From positions 32,001-96,000 of the forward strand of contig CAVWEH010000004.1 of NCBI GenBank assembly GCA_963753975.1: a DNA stretch of 64,000 nt, given 5' to 3'. The notes beneath the pieces were generated by a model. The model was not told where the DNA came from, ran no database searches, and saw only the letters and a program-made list of their open reading frames with translations. A program made the translations under genes and the position numbers. This document shows positions 62,554 to 64,000 of this stretch, in pieces. The stretch is from an uncultured delta proteobacterium. Its GTDB lineage: Bacteria; Desulfobacterota; Syntrophia; Syntrophales; Smithellaceae. The number at the start of each line of letters is the position of its first letter. Within the stretch, counting starts at the first letter, position 1.

Positions 62554-62922
62554 TTATTTTTTCTTGCCCGCGATAGAACGCCGCGGCCCTTTTCTGGTGC
62601 GGCTGTTCGTATGAGTTCTTTGTCCCCTTACAGGCAGACCCTTACGATGCCGCAAACCACGGTACGCACCAATATCCATCAATCTCTTAATAGACATAGA
62701 TATATCGCGTCTCAAGTCGCCCTCAACTTTATGATCTTTGTCGATTATGCTTCTAATTGCCGATATTTCCGAGTCGGCAAGTTCATCAGTTCGCGTGTCC
62801 GGACTTACACCGGCATCTTTTAAGATTTGTTTCGCCCTAGTCTGACCGATGCCGTAAATGTACGTTAAGGCAACTTCCATTCTCTTGTTTTTTGGTAAAT
62901 CAACACCTGAAATTCGTGCCAC
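62554..62922 (-). CDS. rpsM: 30S ribosomal protein S13
   Basis: [22 protein letters not shown] motifs. Confidence 0.98.
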   Translation of the reverse strand: MARISGVDLPKNKRMEVALTYIYGIGQTRAKQILKDAGVSPDTRTDELADSEISAIRSIIDKDHKVEGDLRRDISMSIKRLMDIGAYRGLRHRKGLPVRGQRTHTNSRTRKGPRRSIAGKKK

Positions 62923-62946
62923 CTAATAACCTCCTGCCTTAAAAAA

Positions 62947-63060
62947 TTAGCCTTGACGCTGCTTATGCTTAGGGTTTTCGCAAATTACGCGTAAAACACC
63001 TTTTCGTTTGATGATCTTGCATTTCTCACATATTTTTTTCACCGACGATCTGACTTTCAC
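62947..63060 (-). CDS. rpmJ: 50S ribosomal protein L36
   Basis: Below the ORF-track cutoff; manual translation [37 protein letters not shown] (GTG start). Confidence 0.97.
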   Translation of the reverse strand: MKVRSSVKKICEKCKIIKRKGVLRVICENPKHKQRQG

Positions 63061-63095
63061 TTTTTTACTCCCTGTTCTCGATAAAAAATATTTTT

Positions 63096-63314
63096 TTACT
63101 TTGTCCTGTAAGTAATCCTGCCACGGGTTAAATCATAGGGTGAAAGCTCAACAGTCACTTTATCGCCAGGCAGTATCTTGATAAAATGCATGCGCATCTT
63201 ACCGGAAATATGAGCCAATACCTTATGCCCATTCTCCAGCTCTACGCGAAACATAGCATTGGGCAAGGGCTCAATCACCCGACCTTCAACTTCAATTGCT
63301 TCCTCTTTAGCCAT
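63096..63314 (-). CDS. infA: Translation initiation factor IF-1
   Basis: [22 protein letters not shown] motifs. Confidence 0.98.
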   Translation of the reverse strand: MAKEEAIEVEGRVIEPLPNAMFRVELENGHKVLAHISGKMRMHFIKILPGDKVTVELSPYDLTRGRITYRTK

Positions 63315-63370
63315 AATTTACTTTTCTATATTCGATTTTAAAAGCGTCAGCTATTTAATCAATCGAATGT

Positions 63371-64000
63371 TTAATTCAATTTACTTAAGATGTCGGGTCC
63401 GTTATCGGTAATTGCCACCGAGTGCTCAAAATGAGCTGATAACCCACCATCTTCGGTAACTACAGTCCAGTCGTCCGGCAAGACCTTTACCCTATAGTTT
63501 TTCTCGTTGACCATCGGCTCGAGAGCCAGGATCATGCCGCCTTTTAATTCAATTCCCCTGTCCTTCTTCCCGAAATTGGGAATTTGCGGGTCTTCGTGCA
63601 GATTTTTACCAACTCCATGACCAACATAATCTCGAACGACCGAGAAGCCGGCCGCTTCTACTGTCGCCTGCACGGCGGCAGAAATAGCGCCCAGCCTGTT
63701 ACCTTCCTTCGCTTGTTCTATACCTCTATATAAACTTTGTTCAGTGACCGCAATAAGCTTTGTCGCCTTCTCATTTATTTTACCAACGGGTAGTGTTATA
63801 GCTGCATCGCCAAAAAAACCTCGATAATAAACACCAAAATCAAGCCCGATAATATCGCCTTCTATCAATACCCGTTCGGAAGGCATTCCATGAACAACTA
63901 CTTCATTTATCGAAGTGCAAAGAGCGTGAGGGAAACCTCTGTAACCTTTAAAAGCCGGTTTTGCTCCCCTTCTGGCGGTAATTTCCTCAGCAAATTTATC
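63371..64000 (-). CDS. map: Methionine aminopeptidase type I, 5' end outside the window
   Basis: CTSINEVVVHGMP, GHGVG..LHEDP, LEPM, SAHFEHSV motifs. Confidence 0.96.
   Translation of the reverse strand, partial: DKFAEEITARRGAKPAFKGYRGFPHALCTSINEVVVHGMPSERVLIEGDIIGLDFGVYYRGFFGDAAITLPVGKINEKATKLIAVTEQSLYRGIEQAKEGNRLGAISAAVQATVEAAGFSVVRDYVGHGVGKNLHEDPQIPNFGKKDRGIELKGGMILALEPMVNEKNYRVKVLPDDWTVVTEDGGLSAHFEHSVAITDNGPDILSKLN

Noticed and set aside
1..64000. CRISPR arrays, rRNA/tRNA genes, transposases, prophage genes; many short antisense ORFs in the track
   Set aside because: No regularly spaced repeats or recognisable such genes were seen; the antisense ORFs lie inside well-supported genes and are shadows

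Overview
This 64 kb window looks like chromosomal DNA of an anaerobic deltaproteobacterium; gene content and protein style suggest Syntrophales (Smithella/Syntrophus-like), which is an inference. Most of it is housekeeping: the start of the dcw cluster (mraZ-rsmH-ftsL-ftsI-murE), mltG/yqgF, selB-yhaM, epmB-efp-epmA, a complete tol-pal cluster, ctpA, cysS, argC, rplM-rpsI, lptD-folC and the map-infA-rpmJ-rpsMKD-rpoA-rplQ block. Accessory parts are an ArsR-FadL-FAD/Fe-S oxidoreductase unit, an NHEJ operon (two Ku genes, split LigD, DUF72, DUF169) and a phoB-pstSCAB-phoU-phoR locus. The best candidate for an undescribed system is the four-gene operon at 54548-59560. It encodes an 827-aa protein with carboxylate-amine-ligase-like motifs, a divergent phosphatidylserine-decarboxylase-like enzyme, a DksA/TraR protein and a divergent Lgt-like membrane protein. 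Its upstream region carries a near copy of the pstS Pho-box promoter, suggesting a phosphate-starvation lipid-remodelling or P-free lipid pathway. Second is an unidentified ~210-nt structured element with a possible 11-bp pseudoknot (19.1-19.3 kb) that has a related, rearranged copy at 59.65-59.79 kb. Frameshifts are clustered in three regions; all that I traced are single-base insertions, so they are most likely long-read sequencing errors rather than true pseudogenes.
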